A stretch of 64,000 nucleotides of DNA from Octopus sinensis. Taxonomy: Eukaryota. The DNA lies in contig NC_042998.1 of the NCBI RefSeq assembly GCF_006345805.1, positions 56,792,001-56,856,000 of the forward strand, read 5' to 3'. Positions 13,620-27,477 of this stretch are shown here, one piece after another. Position 1 is the stretch's first letter; every line of letters starts with the position of its first letter. The notes below the pieces were generated by a model. That model was not told the DNA's origin. It made no database searches and saw only the letters and a program-made list of their open reading frames with translations. A program made the translations under genes and the position numbers.

Positions 13620-14640
13620 TTAGCGTGCAGAAATGGAATAGTCCAGATGGAGGTGTGCACATACCGTTTAGAACGGCTTTTACATTAGATTATCTGCTAA
13701 TTAGCTAGCATTAAATATCTATATGCTTTGGCTGTATGTAATGTCTGTTTTCTCGGACAGCCGCTTCTACTGAGTACTGCTGTTGGTTTATTTCTTATAC
13801 ATAATGGACTATAGCTTCAACTGCGTACTGCTTTTTGATTCACCGTAAGGTTTGTTGTTATTATTACTGTTTAACTATTGTTATCACGTTTGTTGGTTCC
13901 TCGTAAGGAAAACGTTGTTGTGTTGCATTTGTTAAATAATTGTAAACTGTAACCCCCCCTTTGGGAGAAGGAGCTTTGGTTATTGTTTAAAAATTGAATT
14001 GTGTCCCTGTTTGGGGAAAGTGACAATATTTTCACCGTTTACACGGAAGCATTTTTGTTAGAATGTCTTCGATAGAAGAAAGTTCAAAAAGGAATTTCGC
14101 TGCAGCCGTCGCCGGGTCCGAACTCATTAAAATTAAAATGGAAGAAATACAAACCTATTTCGAATTGATCACCAACAAAGACGGTGAATCTAGGATAACA
14201 CCACCAAACGAAATAAAAAATTAAATTAAATTAGACTATTGTCTATAAAGTATACAATGTAGAGAAAAAAAATTTTGAACACCTGGAGGAAAGCACCATC
14301 GAAAAGTGTCTTGGTGCGACTATGAAAGATATCTAACCAGAGGCGGTAAATTTGCTACAATAGAGGCACGGTTCGAGTCAACGGAGCGTGCAAGGGAGTA
14401 CTTGACTCGAACCTTGCAAAGTGGAAATACTTTGTTTTTACCTTTATATCTGGAACGTAGGACGTCCCGGATAAAAATTAAAAATGTCCCCCCCAGAAGT
14501 AGATGTAGGCTGGATTGTAGCCACACTTCTATACAAGAGGGAGGACAAGATACAATTGGTCGAAATTGCAAGAGACGGGCCTACAATTTCAGTCTGTTAT
14601 ATATTTTGAGTATTGTTATCACTAGCGATATCAAGATATA
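13620..14640 (+). mobile_element. 5' UTR and disrupted ORF1 of a LINE (L1/Tx1-like, tentative)
   Basis: ATG at about 14064, then stops; FATIEARFESTERARE...LPLYLERRTSRIKIKNVPP/EVDVGWIVATLL resembles ORF1 RRM regions. Truncated before any zinc knuckle. Confidence 0.45.
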
Positions 14641-14789
14641 ACTTTTTATTTTGTATTTTATGTGTAGATGTATATATATAGATGTAAATGTAATATGTAC
14701 ACATATATATACACATATATACATGCACGAGCACTATGACCCGGCAACGACGGGTCATAATGCTAGTATATATATATATAAATTTTGTA

Positions 14790-15470
14790 CGACTCTCTTA
14801 TTCTTTCTTTCTTTCTTTCATCCCCTTCACTCTTACTTCATTCTTTACAATCTTTTTTCTTTCGCTCCCCCTCTCTCACATTTCTTGGACTTCCCTTCAT
14901 TCTCACTTTCCCTCCTCTTTTACCTCACTCTGTCCCTTTTCTTTTTTCTTTCTTTCTCGCCCCTCCCTGATTCTTCTGTCCCTCTGCCTCTACCTATCTC
15001 CTCTCCTCCCACGTGATCAGCGTTCCGCCAAGCCTGACCTTTCTTTCTCGGTTCGACTACCATCTGTATAACATCTATATTCCTTCCCATGCCTGTCATT
15101 GCTTATGCCCTGCCGTAAGGCTTTACTTCCACATACACCAGTTCAATTTAATTCGTCCCTAGTCGAAAGACACCTGATGCTAATGTCCTTTTGTTTGCAT
15201 TTGTATTCGTGTACCATTTCTCCGTTTTTTCGTCCTTGTTTTCGTATACATTCGCTGTGTTCTTCCAAGGAAACTAGTGCTCTTAGCTTAGTTCTCTTGG
15301 GACTGGCCAGATTGGAGTAGTCTCGAGTATAACCAGCCGAAACTACTGAGAATATCCAGAACTCGACTGAAAATAGAAAACTTCGATCATCTGTCCTTGT
15401 TTTTTCTTCTCCCTTTTTGTATCGTCTGTCTGGATGTTTTGTTGTCGCCTCTTGCGTTCTTTATTTCTTA
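14790..15470 (+). repeat. homologue of the 20591-21502 element
   Basis: Shared CT-rich tract and shared CGTCCTTGTTTT(C/T)GTATACATTCG...CTGGCCAGAT...CAGCCGAAA block; ends in (TA)n. Confidence 0.5.
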
Positions 15471-16269
15471 TATATATATATATATATATATGAATGTATA
15501 CGTATATACCAACAGTAAAATAAAATAATATTTAAGCAATTTTTATACAACACAACAATACAATGAGAAACAATTGTTCATAAAGGAAACAAAGTACAAA
15601 AAGTGTTAATGGTCTTGATAGTATTAGAAAAAGATGGGGTTAGGGGTGAGGGCTAATTAAAATATATATTTCATGTAAAAGTCTATAGATACAACCAAAA
15701 GGTTTTATTAATCAAGCTTCAATAGTCACGCACACACAAACGCATACATACAGATGAACACAAATATATTTGTTTGTAGAAAAACTGTGTCTCAAATATA
15801 TGGGATAGCTATAGGTGAATATATCAATCCCAGTAATTTACCGGTATTTATACGTCCAAGAAGGATGGGAAGCAGAGTCGACTCTAGTGGGACTTTGAAC
15901 TGAAACGATATAGAGTCATAACTGAAGGCACTTTGTTCGACGTCCCACCGTTCCTTCTTAGACATCGCACTCACACAAAATAATAATTAAAAAGAGCAAT
16001 AAATTCAGTTAAAATATTGTACTTAGCAAATATTCGGTCATTAGGGTTTGATTGAAAAATATTGTGAGCTACTTTAACGACATGCTCAAATATATATGTC
16101 TTATTGAATATAGTTTATTATTAAATATTTATTTCAGAAAAATATAATTCAACCCGTTTAACATCTTTTGAATTGTTCATATATTCAAGAAACCAGAGTT
16201 GGTTGGGTGTGAGGTTAATGCTAAACTTGATAGTTCAAATGCTTGATAGTTTTAGTATGTTTACAGCAA

Positions 16270-16341
<72 letters not shown>

Positions 16342-16511
16342 GTGTTATATATATACATATATGTTATATATATATATTTATATATATATATGAATATATG
16401 TTTATGCATATATATATTCATATATATATATATATATATTGATATATGTATGTATTCATATTCATCTATAGGAATATCTATATATTCCTATATATTTATA
16501 TATATCTGTAA

Positions 16512-16543
<32 letters not shown>

Positions 16544-16988
16544 TATATATATATGTGTGTATGTGTGTATGTGTGTGTGTGTGCGTGTGTATAAATATTT
16601 TATAGGTATATATTTACGCTTATGTTTATATATACGTATATATATACATATAATACATATAGAAACAAATATATTAGCTAAACATATATATGCATACATA
16701 TATACACACACTCACATATATATGTTTTTTTCGCGATTACAGCGAACGAATCTAGCCAACGCACAAGACAGTCATTATGCTCCTCCCCCCACCCCCCGAA
16801 ACACCACCACGTGGACTCTGCTGAGAGTAGTAAGAAACAATTATGACATTTTATTACACTTAACTTTAAAAAATATTTTTGATAAGGTTCGTTTTTTGCA
16901 AGAAGATCCGAAACATGTAAAATTAAAATTTATCTTATATAGTGGCGTCTTCAAACTTCTTTTATATATATACATACATACATACATA

Positions 16989-17048
<60 letters not shown>

Positions 17049-17370
17049 ATATATATATATGTACGTGTATATATGTTGATGCTGTATAGGTTTCTCTGAT
17101 CGTCTTATAGCTTTCACTTCATTTTAATAAAGTTAATAAAGTGAATAGTTTTTTCATGTTCATTTCATTTGAAGTATTTAATGTCATTGCACGTGTTATT
17201 GTCTGTCACAGTACATAATATTTTGTTGCTATTGTTTCGTTCTATTTTTCTGCCTTTTCCACCGCGAGTATTCTTTAACTGCACATATTTATTTGTGATT
17301 CTTTACCTCATAATCTTCTTAATTTTACTCTTTTAATGCAAAGACATACACCCATACATTCATATGTATG

Positions 17371-17402
<32 letters not shown>

Positions 17403-17864
17403 TGTATGTATGTATGTATGTATGTATGTGTGAATGTGTGAATGTATGTGCGAATGTATGTATGTATGTATGTATGAGTGTATGAAAGTATGTATGTATA
17501 TATGTATGTAGGCATGCTTGTGTACGTGTGTGTATGCCGTTATGTTTTAGGATCAGCGAATGAGAAAACAAAGGCTCTCCTGAAACAGGTGAAAGAAAAG
17601 AAGTAAGATATAGAGATAGGTGAGAGAGGAAAGAGAGAGAGAGAGAGAGAGAGAGGGGAGAGAGAGAGTGAGAGAGTGTGTGAGAGAGACAAAGAAAGAG
17701 AGTGAAAATATATCGTGATAGACTGAAGAAGATAAAGTAATATCTTAACATAAATTTAGGAGTAATTGATAAATATATCTCAATAAAATTTCTATAAAAT
17801 TTATGTGCGTAACATTTATTCCAGATTCAGCTAAAGCCAGTCATTTTTGATGGATACTATGCAA

Positions 17865-17895
<31 letters not shown>

Positions 17896-18231
17896 ACACA
17901 CACACACACATATATATATATATATGCGTATACACAAATGCACGTATATTTTACACACATACACGCACTCGTATATGTGTGTGCATACATATATATTTAT
18001 ACACATATATATGCATGCATATTTATACATCTATACATATGTATACACACATCCATCCATCCAAGCATGTATATATATAAATATATATATATATATGTAC
18101 CTATGTATGTATGCACGTGTATACAAACGCGCATCTAGTAATTAAAGAATTGTGCATGTACGTATATTTGTGTATCTATGTAGATTAGTATTTATTTATT
18201 TATATATGTATAGCTATATCTAATGTTATGG

Positions 18232-18279
<48 letters not shown>

Positions 18280-18438
18280 ATGTATATATATACATATATT
18301 TATATACATGTGTATTTATATATATACATATATATATATACATATATATATACATATACATATATACATATACGTGTGTGTGTATATATATATATTCATG
18401 AATATATATATGTATATATATATATTCGTCAAGATACT

Positions 18439-18444
18439 TTTATT
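18439..18444 (-). promoter_or_regulatory. candidate polyadenylation signal AATAAA of the MAM gene
   Basis: AATAAA on the minus strand about 30 nt after the stop, just before a TA microsatellite. No transcript evidence. Confidence 0.3.
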
Positions 18445-18474
18445 GGCAGACTATCTCTGTGTGTCTATTAACTA

Positions 18475-18708
18475 TTATTCACCGTGGCGCGTGCCGTTTC
18501 TCCGCCGGAAATGACGCAAGAGCTTCCGTCTTCTCTTCTTAATAGATTTTAGAGCAGTTTGATTGTTTGCTAGGGAAACAATATCAATATCGGGAACTGC
18601 TACTGGTTTTATCTGGGCATCGATAGGACACGGTCCATCGTGTATGTTTATATCATCAATGGCTATATCTCCTTGGTAACCAGTTTCTGTTGAACCCTCA
18701 AAGACAAT
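18475..18708 (-). CDS. MAM-domain protein, terminal coding exon (end of MAM plus basic tail, TAA stop)
   Basis: Acceptor ttctctttgcag, phase 0. Translates IVFEGSTETGYQGDIAIDDINIHDGPCPIDAQIKPVAVPDIDIVSLANNQTALKSIKKRRRKLLRHFRRRNGTRHGE* (MAM vFEg...GDIAIDDi...GpC motif). Confidence 0.94.
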   Translation of the reverse strand: MVFEGSTETGYQGDIAIDDINIHDGPCPIDAQIKPVAVPDIDIVSLANNQTALKSIKKRRRKLLRHFRRRNGTRHGE

Positions 18709-20590
18709 CTGCAAAGAGAATATATAATACTCCATCAGAATTATATAAAATAAGTGGCGTAATGGAATGCAAAATTTTGATACGTTGTGTATCAGCATGG
18801 GAGTTGTACAATTACTGAAACAAATGAAAAATAAAAATTAAAGGTTAGTAGATTTCAGTTATTTATTATCAGAATTCGACATTGTAAACTATTCGAAATA
18901 ACAAATTATCTAATTAGAAGTAAAGCAGGAATATCTCACATACTTCATACTTCAATTGTGCTCAAGAACTATTTTATTAGGATAACGTATGATCTATGTA
19001 CGATGTTTATGCTTTTCTGGTTTTATGCAAAATATTCTGTTCTTAGCCTATTAGGTTTTTACACTCGGATTTACTGCAATGCAATAACCTGTCATAGTTT
19101 AATCTGATATGAATTGACTTCTTAATTATCGTGGATTTATTCGTTGATGCTTATACATCAGTTCTCTATAGGGATGTAATTAGAATAATAACAATGTAAC
19201 CATTATACTATGGTATACAATTTATATGAATACAAACAACTGATATTTCGACACCAGAGATACCACGCTCGTAGCATAACAACAAATAAACCATAAATAA
19301 GTGAAAGGACGAAATTTATTGTAAGAAGATCTGTTCGTATGCATGCTAACATGAAGACATCCAATCAGATTTTCATTTGGAGATTCCTCCAAAAACGAAC
19401 GACAGTTTCTGCATAATGTCTGTAACTTTACGAAAACATCTCCATATATCTTTCTACCCAAACCGACCATGTTGCGAACCAAAAGAGACCAATATCATAT
19501 AGTTACAAGTTTCATAATTTATCATTGTTTTTAATTTCCGACTTCAACGACAACGGTTTCTAACTTTGTTGATTCCGAACTTCATAATATGATTTACGAG
19601 TTTTTTTTATCGAATCAGATGGAAGAGTTCATATATAATATGAAAAAAAAAAAAATTACTAATTCGTATCAGCAAAGTGAGAATGTATATTTATAATAAA
19701 ATAATAAGCTATTTAGAAAATGTCTCTACAAATACTAGGTTACACATTGACTACACATTAGTTGCCTTCTTAAATAGATAGCATAGCTAATCTATCTTCT
19801 GTCTCGTGCCGTGGGATTCATAAATCCAGAGTTTAACCCGGTCACTATGGCGAATAAATGACTGAAATTACAACATTCCTTCCACTCTGTATGGGGCGCC
19901 GGTCCACTGCAGTGTTAATTTCCTTGATATTCTTAGAGCTCATTTACAAGTTAGTGGACAGGAGAAACGTGAAATGAAGTGTTTTGCTCAAGAAAAAAAC
20001 ACACCATCTGGTTCAGGGATCAAAACGCCAATCTTAAAATCATTAGTGAACATCCTTACTGCTAAACCACACGCCTTCATATAACAGGGTTTATATTACA
20101 CCATAGAAACTAACTTTCCTGCTCTGGACCAGAAAATACTTGACACTCCACAAAACTCAGTGTTCCCCACAGACTGTACTGTTACTAGATATACACATCC
20201 TACACTGCATCCAGAAGAATGCTAAATGACTGATCGGCAAATAATCACAAATCAACACACTGCAACACCTGGCTGGCAGATGTGGTGTCTCTGCTAAAAC
20301 TACGGCACCATATTTTGCTTTCTCCAACTAGCAGTTTCATAACCGTTATCATAACCGCTCACCAGACATAATAGACCTTGTTTTCACTGTACACACACAC
20401 ACACACGCACACACACATACACACACACGCACACACACACACATGCACACACACCACACACACACACACGCACACACACACCACACACACATACATATAT
20501 ATATTATGCACCCTTTTCAAGCCTTGCGAGGCTCATGGGCCCGGTGTCCCGGTTTCTATATGTATATATATATGTATATATATATTTATC

Positions 20591-21502
20591 AACCGAAATT
20601 GCGAGGATGATCCGGTTCTTGACTGAAGATTGAAGGCTTCGTGTTTTTTGTATCGTCTTCTAAATGTTTTGCGTTCTTGTCCCAGTTTGTATTTTTTTAC
20701 ATATACATATATATATATATAGCGGCGCCAGTACCCCTTTTGGTCTTATATGTAAGTACATATTTCTTTAAACTTGGTACAACTCTAAAACAGTCTCTCT
20801 CCCCCTCTCCTGCATTTCTCTGCCTTTCACACTTTGCACTCCACTTTGATCTCTCTCTTTCTCTCTCTCTCTTCTCCTCCTCCTTTGTTCCTTATTCCCC
20901 TTTTTCTCTCTTCATCTGTCCCTCTTTTCCTCTCTCTTCTCCTCATACGTGACTAACTGACCGATTGCCGGCCTTTTCGTGGTTAGCAGTCGTCGCGGCA
21001 AGACACATTTTTTTCTCTCTCTGCCCCAAGGCATTTTTTTAACACGCCAGCTCAAAGTTTACTCGTCCTGTCGAAAAGACGCCTGTCTGTGACGTCCTGT
21101 TTTTGTTATTATTATTATCATTATTGATTTTACGTATTTTTGTATTCTTATTCGTGTTATCATTATTGTTTTTACGTATTTTTGTATTCTTATTCGTGTA
21201 ACATCGTCCGTTTTTCCGTCCTTGTTTTGTATACATTCGAGGCTTTCTTCCAAGGAATCTAATGCGCTTGGCTTAGATTTTCCTTTGGGGCTGGCCAGAT
21301 CGGAGCAATCTCAAGATTAATCAGCCGAAATTGCGAGGATGACCGGTCCTTGACTGAAGATTGACGGCTTCGAATGTCCCGTACGTGTTTTTTGTATCGT
21401 CTTCTAAATGTTTTGCATTCTTGTCCCAGTTTGTATTTTTTTACATATACATATATATATAGCGGTCTTATATGTAAGTACATATTTCTTTAAACTTGGT
21501 AC
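20591..21502 (+). mobile_element. non-coding element with about 190-bp terminal direct repeats (pLTR-like) and degenerate HHR-like cores
   Basis: 20591-20780 repeats at 21323-21502; CTGAAGA at about 20622 and 21354; CT-rich interior; homologous to 14790-15470. Confidence 0.5.
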
Positions 21503-22312
21503 GGGATAAAGAATATAAAGAGATCAAAGGAAAGAATTAAAGGGGTCAAAGGCTATCAGTAGAGGAAAATACATTAAGAAATTTAAGAACACCAGTGGAA
21601 GAGCTCACAGATATCTATTTAAAATATATTAGAGTTTTGCTTTTTTAGTAAATACAAGATAGACCTACTCTTTACGATTATTCTATACGATTTTTATTTA
21701 AAATATTTAAGAGTCTTGATTTTTGAGTGAATACAAGATGGACCTAATTCGATACGGTTATTTAACAAATTTTATATATTCGTATAGAGCTAGGTCTATC
21801 TTGTACTTACTAAAAAAGCAAAACTCCAATATATTTTAAATAGATATCTGTGAGCTCTTCCACTGGTGTTTTTTTCTTTCTAACTGTACCTGTTTAGAAC
21901 ACAAAGAAACAAATAATATTTGTACGTTGCCAAATTTTAATTGACTATATAGTCAATTTAATTAACCTAACTTATATCAAATAAATTGCTAATACTTCCT
22001 AATTCTATTCTAAGTTTAATAGGTAATGCTACTCCCTTAATAATAATATAAAGAATTTTCACTATAATTTTTACTATATTTTGAATAAGCAATACTCTCA
22101 CACCATTTACTATAGAAATTAATTGACCTCTAGGTATAGACCTAAAGTCTGTCTTACAATTTATAAACATTAGTATAAATGGAAACAATAATAAATAAAT
22201 AAATAACCTCCTGTTCTAGTGTTGCACTTAAATTTCTTAATGTATTTTCCTCTACTGATAGCCTTTGACCCCTTTAATTCTTTCCTTTGATCTCTTTATA
22301 TTCTTTATCCCG
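21502..22312. repeat. nested inverted repeats
   Basis: 86-bp arms at 21502-21587/22227-22312; 80-bp arms at 21588-21667/21791-21870. Confidence 0.85.
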
Positions 22313-23169
22313 CCATTAACTCTGTAGGAGTGGCAGTTAATAGCTGTCGAATGGTCAAAAATAATGTTCTCTTAGAAATCTTAAATTCCTGCAACACTGA
22401 CCTAAATTTTCTGTCACCACAGAAATAAACTAAACTTTGTAGGTTGAGTACTTACACCCCTTCCTCCCATAATGTCCTTATTTGGGCGGTTTCTGCTTCA
22501 CTGACTTCTTTTGCGACTTCTTTCAGCCACTATAGCCAATCTCTTCTTCCAACAACGTAGTTTGGTGAAACGAATAGATGTGTGATCAGCATCTTCTCCT
22601 CATATATCAGGAAATTACATCTGCATTATTATGGATACATTCATCTTCTCCGAGAATAAAATCTCTCCTCATATCTCCGGAAATTACACCTGCATTATTA
22701 TGGATGGATTTACCTTTTCTGTGAAGCTAACAATCTTTTTTTAAAAACCTTTTATAAAACTGTGCATCATTAGAAAACGTTTTAAGTCTGCTTACAATCT
22801 AACTTTGTTTTTCATAGAACTCTCTTCGATACTTCATGAGTGTAGCCTCACCCCCTAGGATGTTTGGAAAACTCATATGTGTTTTGGCTGATGAATACTG
22901 GGCACTTGTATTTGCAGCAATATTTGCAGCTTTTAATAAATCTGTTCTTCGTATGAAACAATTGTACTGAAACACTAATCCATTCGTGTTGGTTTTTTCT
23001 TGTTTATAATCACCCCACATTATTTTATGGTTAATACCATAAAGATTTCTGGTGCATCTAAGTTAAGTACCACATTCATGTGAATTCATTGGAACTCACT
23101 TGAATCTTAATTGTTTTACTGAAATTATATATATATATGTATATGTATGTATACATATAAGTTGTTTAC

Positions 23170-24521
23170 GGGAAATGGTTTTGAGTACGCATATAAAAGC
23201 TCCTGGTTTATTATGGCGCTATGGTTAATTATACCTTTTGGGCTATTATTAAGGAGACACTTAAAATTGTAAAACTATTTTTAAAAAGGACAGTAGTTAT
23301 TCAAATATATTTTCCAGTAAAACCATAAGAGTGGGACACTCAACATCGAGAAATGTAGGCAATATCATTTCTTCTATAAATAATAAGAAAGTAAATAATT
23401 ATTATAATAACTTAAATAATAGCGCTAGCCATAATATAACCGATAGCGATAGAAGTCTTAATCAACATATAGAAAAATCTTCATGTCGTGATAAGACTAA
23501 ATGTAAACTCTCTAATTATTGTAATATCGATAATGTAATTTATAAATGTATAGTTAACTCTAAGAACAATAATAATAAAAATATAAATAATGTTTACGTT
23601 GGATCAACAGCAAATGAAATTTTTAAAAATATCCCAACACTACTAGACCTTTAAAAATCCCAATTTAAGTAAGTCTACGGGCTTAAGTAAATATATATGG
23701 GAATTAAAATCAAGAAAAAGAAAGTAGATCCTTAATTGGAGTATTATAGGTAGAGACCACTCCTATAATATTGGGAATAAAATGTGTTTATTATGCATAA
23801 CGGAATTTATGAAACTACTACAGTCTAGAGATGAATTATTAAACACATATGATGAACGAAGAATTAAATGTAGGCACCGCAGTAATTTTACATTTAGTAA
23901 AATGAAGTACCGAACCCCCAACCCCTGAATCAAATAACCACATAATATTATTTCTAAAGCCCTTGAATAGACTATATAAATGATAGAAAATAATGCAATA
24001 ATTTAAATAAATATATGAATAAAATATTCCTAAAATTATATAATAACAAATTATATATAGCCTCCAATATAGGTAAATTTGAAAATAATAATAGAGGATA
24101 ATTTAAAATTAAATCTTGTGTAATTACTTCCTCCCTCGGGAATAATCACCTATAAATACCCATAGTTCCCTGATATCTTCTTGTTATATATCACATTTAA
24201 ACACATTTTTATTCTGATGTACAATCTTATATCTCGCATTCTGTATTTGTCATATACTTGATTTTACATGATTGATATATATACTAATTCATATTTATAA
24301 TGTATAATTTATAAATTTTAATTCTTAATATTACAAAGTACAATTTTAATTTTTAATTTTTGATTCTTAATTTTTAACTTTAATACTTAATTGTATTGCT
24401 TATTTTTTAAAGGGATGTAAAATTAGATATATAATATTTTGAAACAGAACCTGAAGATGTGTTGTAATAATTGTAAATCTGACGATTGCATATATGTATA
24501 TATATACCTACCTACCTACGT

Positions 24522-24591
<70 letters not shown>

Positions 24592-24700
24592 TGTGTATAT
24601 GTATATATATTGTAATCTTCCAATACTGAAACAGGTGTAGTTCCTTCATATTTGATAAATTTAAGTGTATTAACTAAAGTAGGAGATAATTAATGAAGTA
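23170..24700 (+). mobile_element. Penelope-like element 3' remnant (RT-EN linker, GIY-YIG endonuclease, 3' UTR with hammerhead)
   Basis: Frame 1 gives NIFSSKTIRVGHSTSRNVGNIISSINN...CKLSNYCNIDNVIYKCIV...VYVGST. After a frameshift: TFKNPNLSKSTGLSKYIWELKSRKRK*ILNWSIIGRDHSYNIGNKMCLLCITE...LLNTYDERRIKCRHR. These are typical PLE GIY-YIG motifs; one stop, one frameshift. Confidence 0.88.
24447..24643 (+). ncRNA. type I hammerhead ribozyme motif with 170-nt stem II containing a microsatellite
   Basis: GAAC-CTGAAGA(24451)-t-GTGTTG...CAATAC-t-GAAAC(24628)-aggt-GTA-GTTC. Internal GATTGCA/TGTAATC pairing flanks TA/CA repeats. Lies in the 3' UTR of the PLE remnant. Confidence 0.65.
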
Positions 24701-24862
24701 TACTATATACCCTGCTGGTAATTTTGGTTATATCCTTTAAGTATTATTTCGTGATGTGCAAACTGATGCCATTAGTTTACTTTCAGATATACTCATTAAG
24801 TTATTTTTTGTTTTATCTGAAATAGAAAACCCGCATATCGACAAATCACCCATATATATATA

Positions 24863-24928
<66 letters not shown>

Positions 24929-25463
24929 ATGTGTATGTATGCGTTCATACAAACTTACCTATACGCAGAGACAAACACGCAAATATATGCATATAAGAAA
25001 GCAAAACATGATAGGTTGTTTATAATCTGTTTAATTACACCACCTTATGTATGTTTCATTAATATGAAGTGGTTATTGGTTACGTAATTCAAAATTACAA
25101 ATTATGTAACCCACACTTAGTGTCAACTCATCTGTGACAAGTAGTTATTAAATCTAATACTGATGGAGAGAACATGTGACTGTAGTACTCGTGGCCATCG
25201 GGACGATTTAAAACTGGATCTTGAATTATCCAGTAAAATCTTTTTTGCTAGTTTATTTTGTCTCTCTGTCTTCTCTCCTGGCGTGATATGAACATTTAAG
25301 GTGGTTTTAGCGTCAGGGTTTTGACTGCTATTTCAGCATGGTGGTATCTCTCAGATACCCTAATTTATAGTTTTAAATAATTATTACCTTTGTATGGCAT
25401 TTATTCCCATGCTGGCCACTTGATAAGATCGATATTTAATATCAATATTATCTTTATTTATAT

Positions 25464-25497
<34 letters not shown>

Positions 25498-25909
25498 GTG
25501 GTTTCAAATTTTGCACATGGCTAGCAATTTTGTGGGAGGAGACAAATTGATTACTTCGACCTCAGAGTTCAACTAGATAAAATTATCAACACGAAATGAT
25601 GGAAGGTAAAGTTGACCTCGGCGGAGTTTGAACACAGAACGTAGTAGCGGACGAAATGCCGCTAAGTATTTCGTCCGACGTGCTAACGATTCTGTCAGCT
25701 CACCGTATTGATGCATTTACTAGTGTTTGTTTTTATGTGAAGTTATAATAGAAACACTTTAACATTACTCAATTCTTTTTATACTTTTGTAGAATACATT
25801 CATGCTTTTTAAACTTTTAAAGATGAAGTGTAACAGTGACATGAGAATTTCGGCCTGCAAGATTTCATCAGAGTCATTTATATATATATACATACATGTA
25901 CACACTCAC

Positions 25910-25988
<79 letters not shown>

Positions 25989-27477
25989 ACACACACACAC
26001 ACACACTCTCTCTCTCTCTTTCTTTCTTTCTCCCTCACACCTCCCACATATATATTCTAATGTACTGCCGTAACTACTTCACCCAGTCCTTTATTTGGTG
26101 GCTAGTCGCCCACGTTTTCCATTCATATGTAGAATTACAGATGATGGAGCTGAATACCAACCACATGCAGTTCACCGATGTAGGAGGGCTTACAAGGATC
26201 TCCGCCTCTCTAAACTATTAAAAAAAATCAAATCGGGAATGTCCAATTTATGAAAATAATCTTTCTTTTGTTTAATTTTGACAAAAACTCCATTGATTAA
26301 TGATTTAGGGAAATATGAGTAAAATTATCTCATAAAATAAACACGTATAATTTGTAAGCCCTTCAACATTGGTGAAGCTAGAACTATATAGTGTATATAT
26401 TTTTTTTATTTAAAGACTTATGGGAGAATTTAATCGTAAATGGTTGGTCTGAAACAATGAGATTCAGTTAATGTAGCAGGAAGTGAAAGATGAATTACAT
26501 GAATATAATTGTTGAATAAATATGAGTGGGGATTGAAAATCGCATTGCAGATGTTACCCACTGATAACTTGCTCCACGCAACGTTTACTGCCGACTAAAT
26601 AGTTGTAATCAGAAACTAATTCCATCGAGATTAAATTCCTTTTCTACGACAAAAGAGGCGAGGGTTGTACCAAAGTTAACTAATTAGCATCTGATGCTAA
26701 GTGAATTTCTTACTGCAGAGTTTCTGTTGTCATGTAATACGTATATTTAGAGTACGTCTGTTTCTCGTGTTGTCTTTATGTCTCGCGCGAAATATCTGAG
26801 TGAAATGCAATATACACTAATTACACGGTGTATTCGTTTCTTATGGCTCCATTTCTACATGGTCCGCCTCCTTACACTTAAATGAATGTAAGCGTTTTTA
26901 GATATCACGATGACGAACGCCGTGTTTGCATCAATAATTTATTTCGAACCGGCTACGCTTCGATCGACAGTCACTCATGCTGTCGTCTCGACCCGCCCCC
27001 AGCCATAGTCAGATTTTAAACGCTTAATAGAATAAATGAATGAAGGAACCGCAGTTCGGTAACTAGACTTGCTAGAAACAACAACTAAACCATTATAGAA
27101 TGTGAAGACTAGAATTTGTAGAGTGATTGTCTGAATGGACAATTATTTTTTTTATAAATAGGCTATCATGTTTGCATGAATTGATTATCTTTCTCTAACT
27201 GAACATCGCCATCATAAACAAGGAAGTATACAATGAAAGTAGATTTTCTATCAAAACATCAAGCGTATGTCTAGACAGAAACGTTGATTGTCACAGCTGG
27301 AACATTGATTATTTTTCATCAAGGTCCATCGAGGTCGACTTTTCCTTTTATCCTCTCGGAGGTTGATAAAATAAATATCACTCAAGCACTGACGTCATTG
27401 CAGTCCACTTGCCTGCCTCTTCCCCTCAAAACTGCTTTGGAATTATTGGGCTCGACAGGAGTTAGATAACAACAATT

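Noticed and set aside
25850-25875. CTGATGA...GCCGAAA on the minus strand
   Set aside because: Stem II is mismatched and stems I and III are not pairable; at best a dead remnant.
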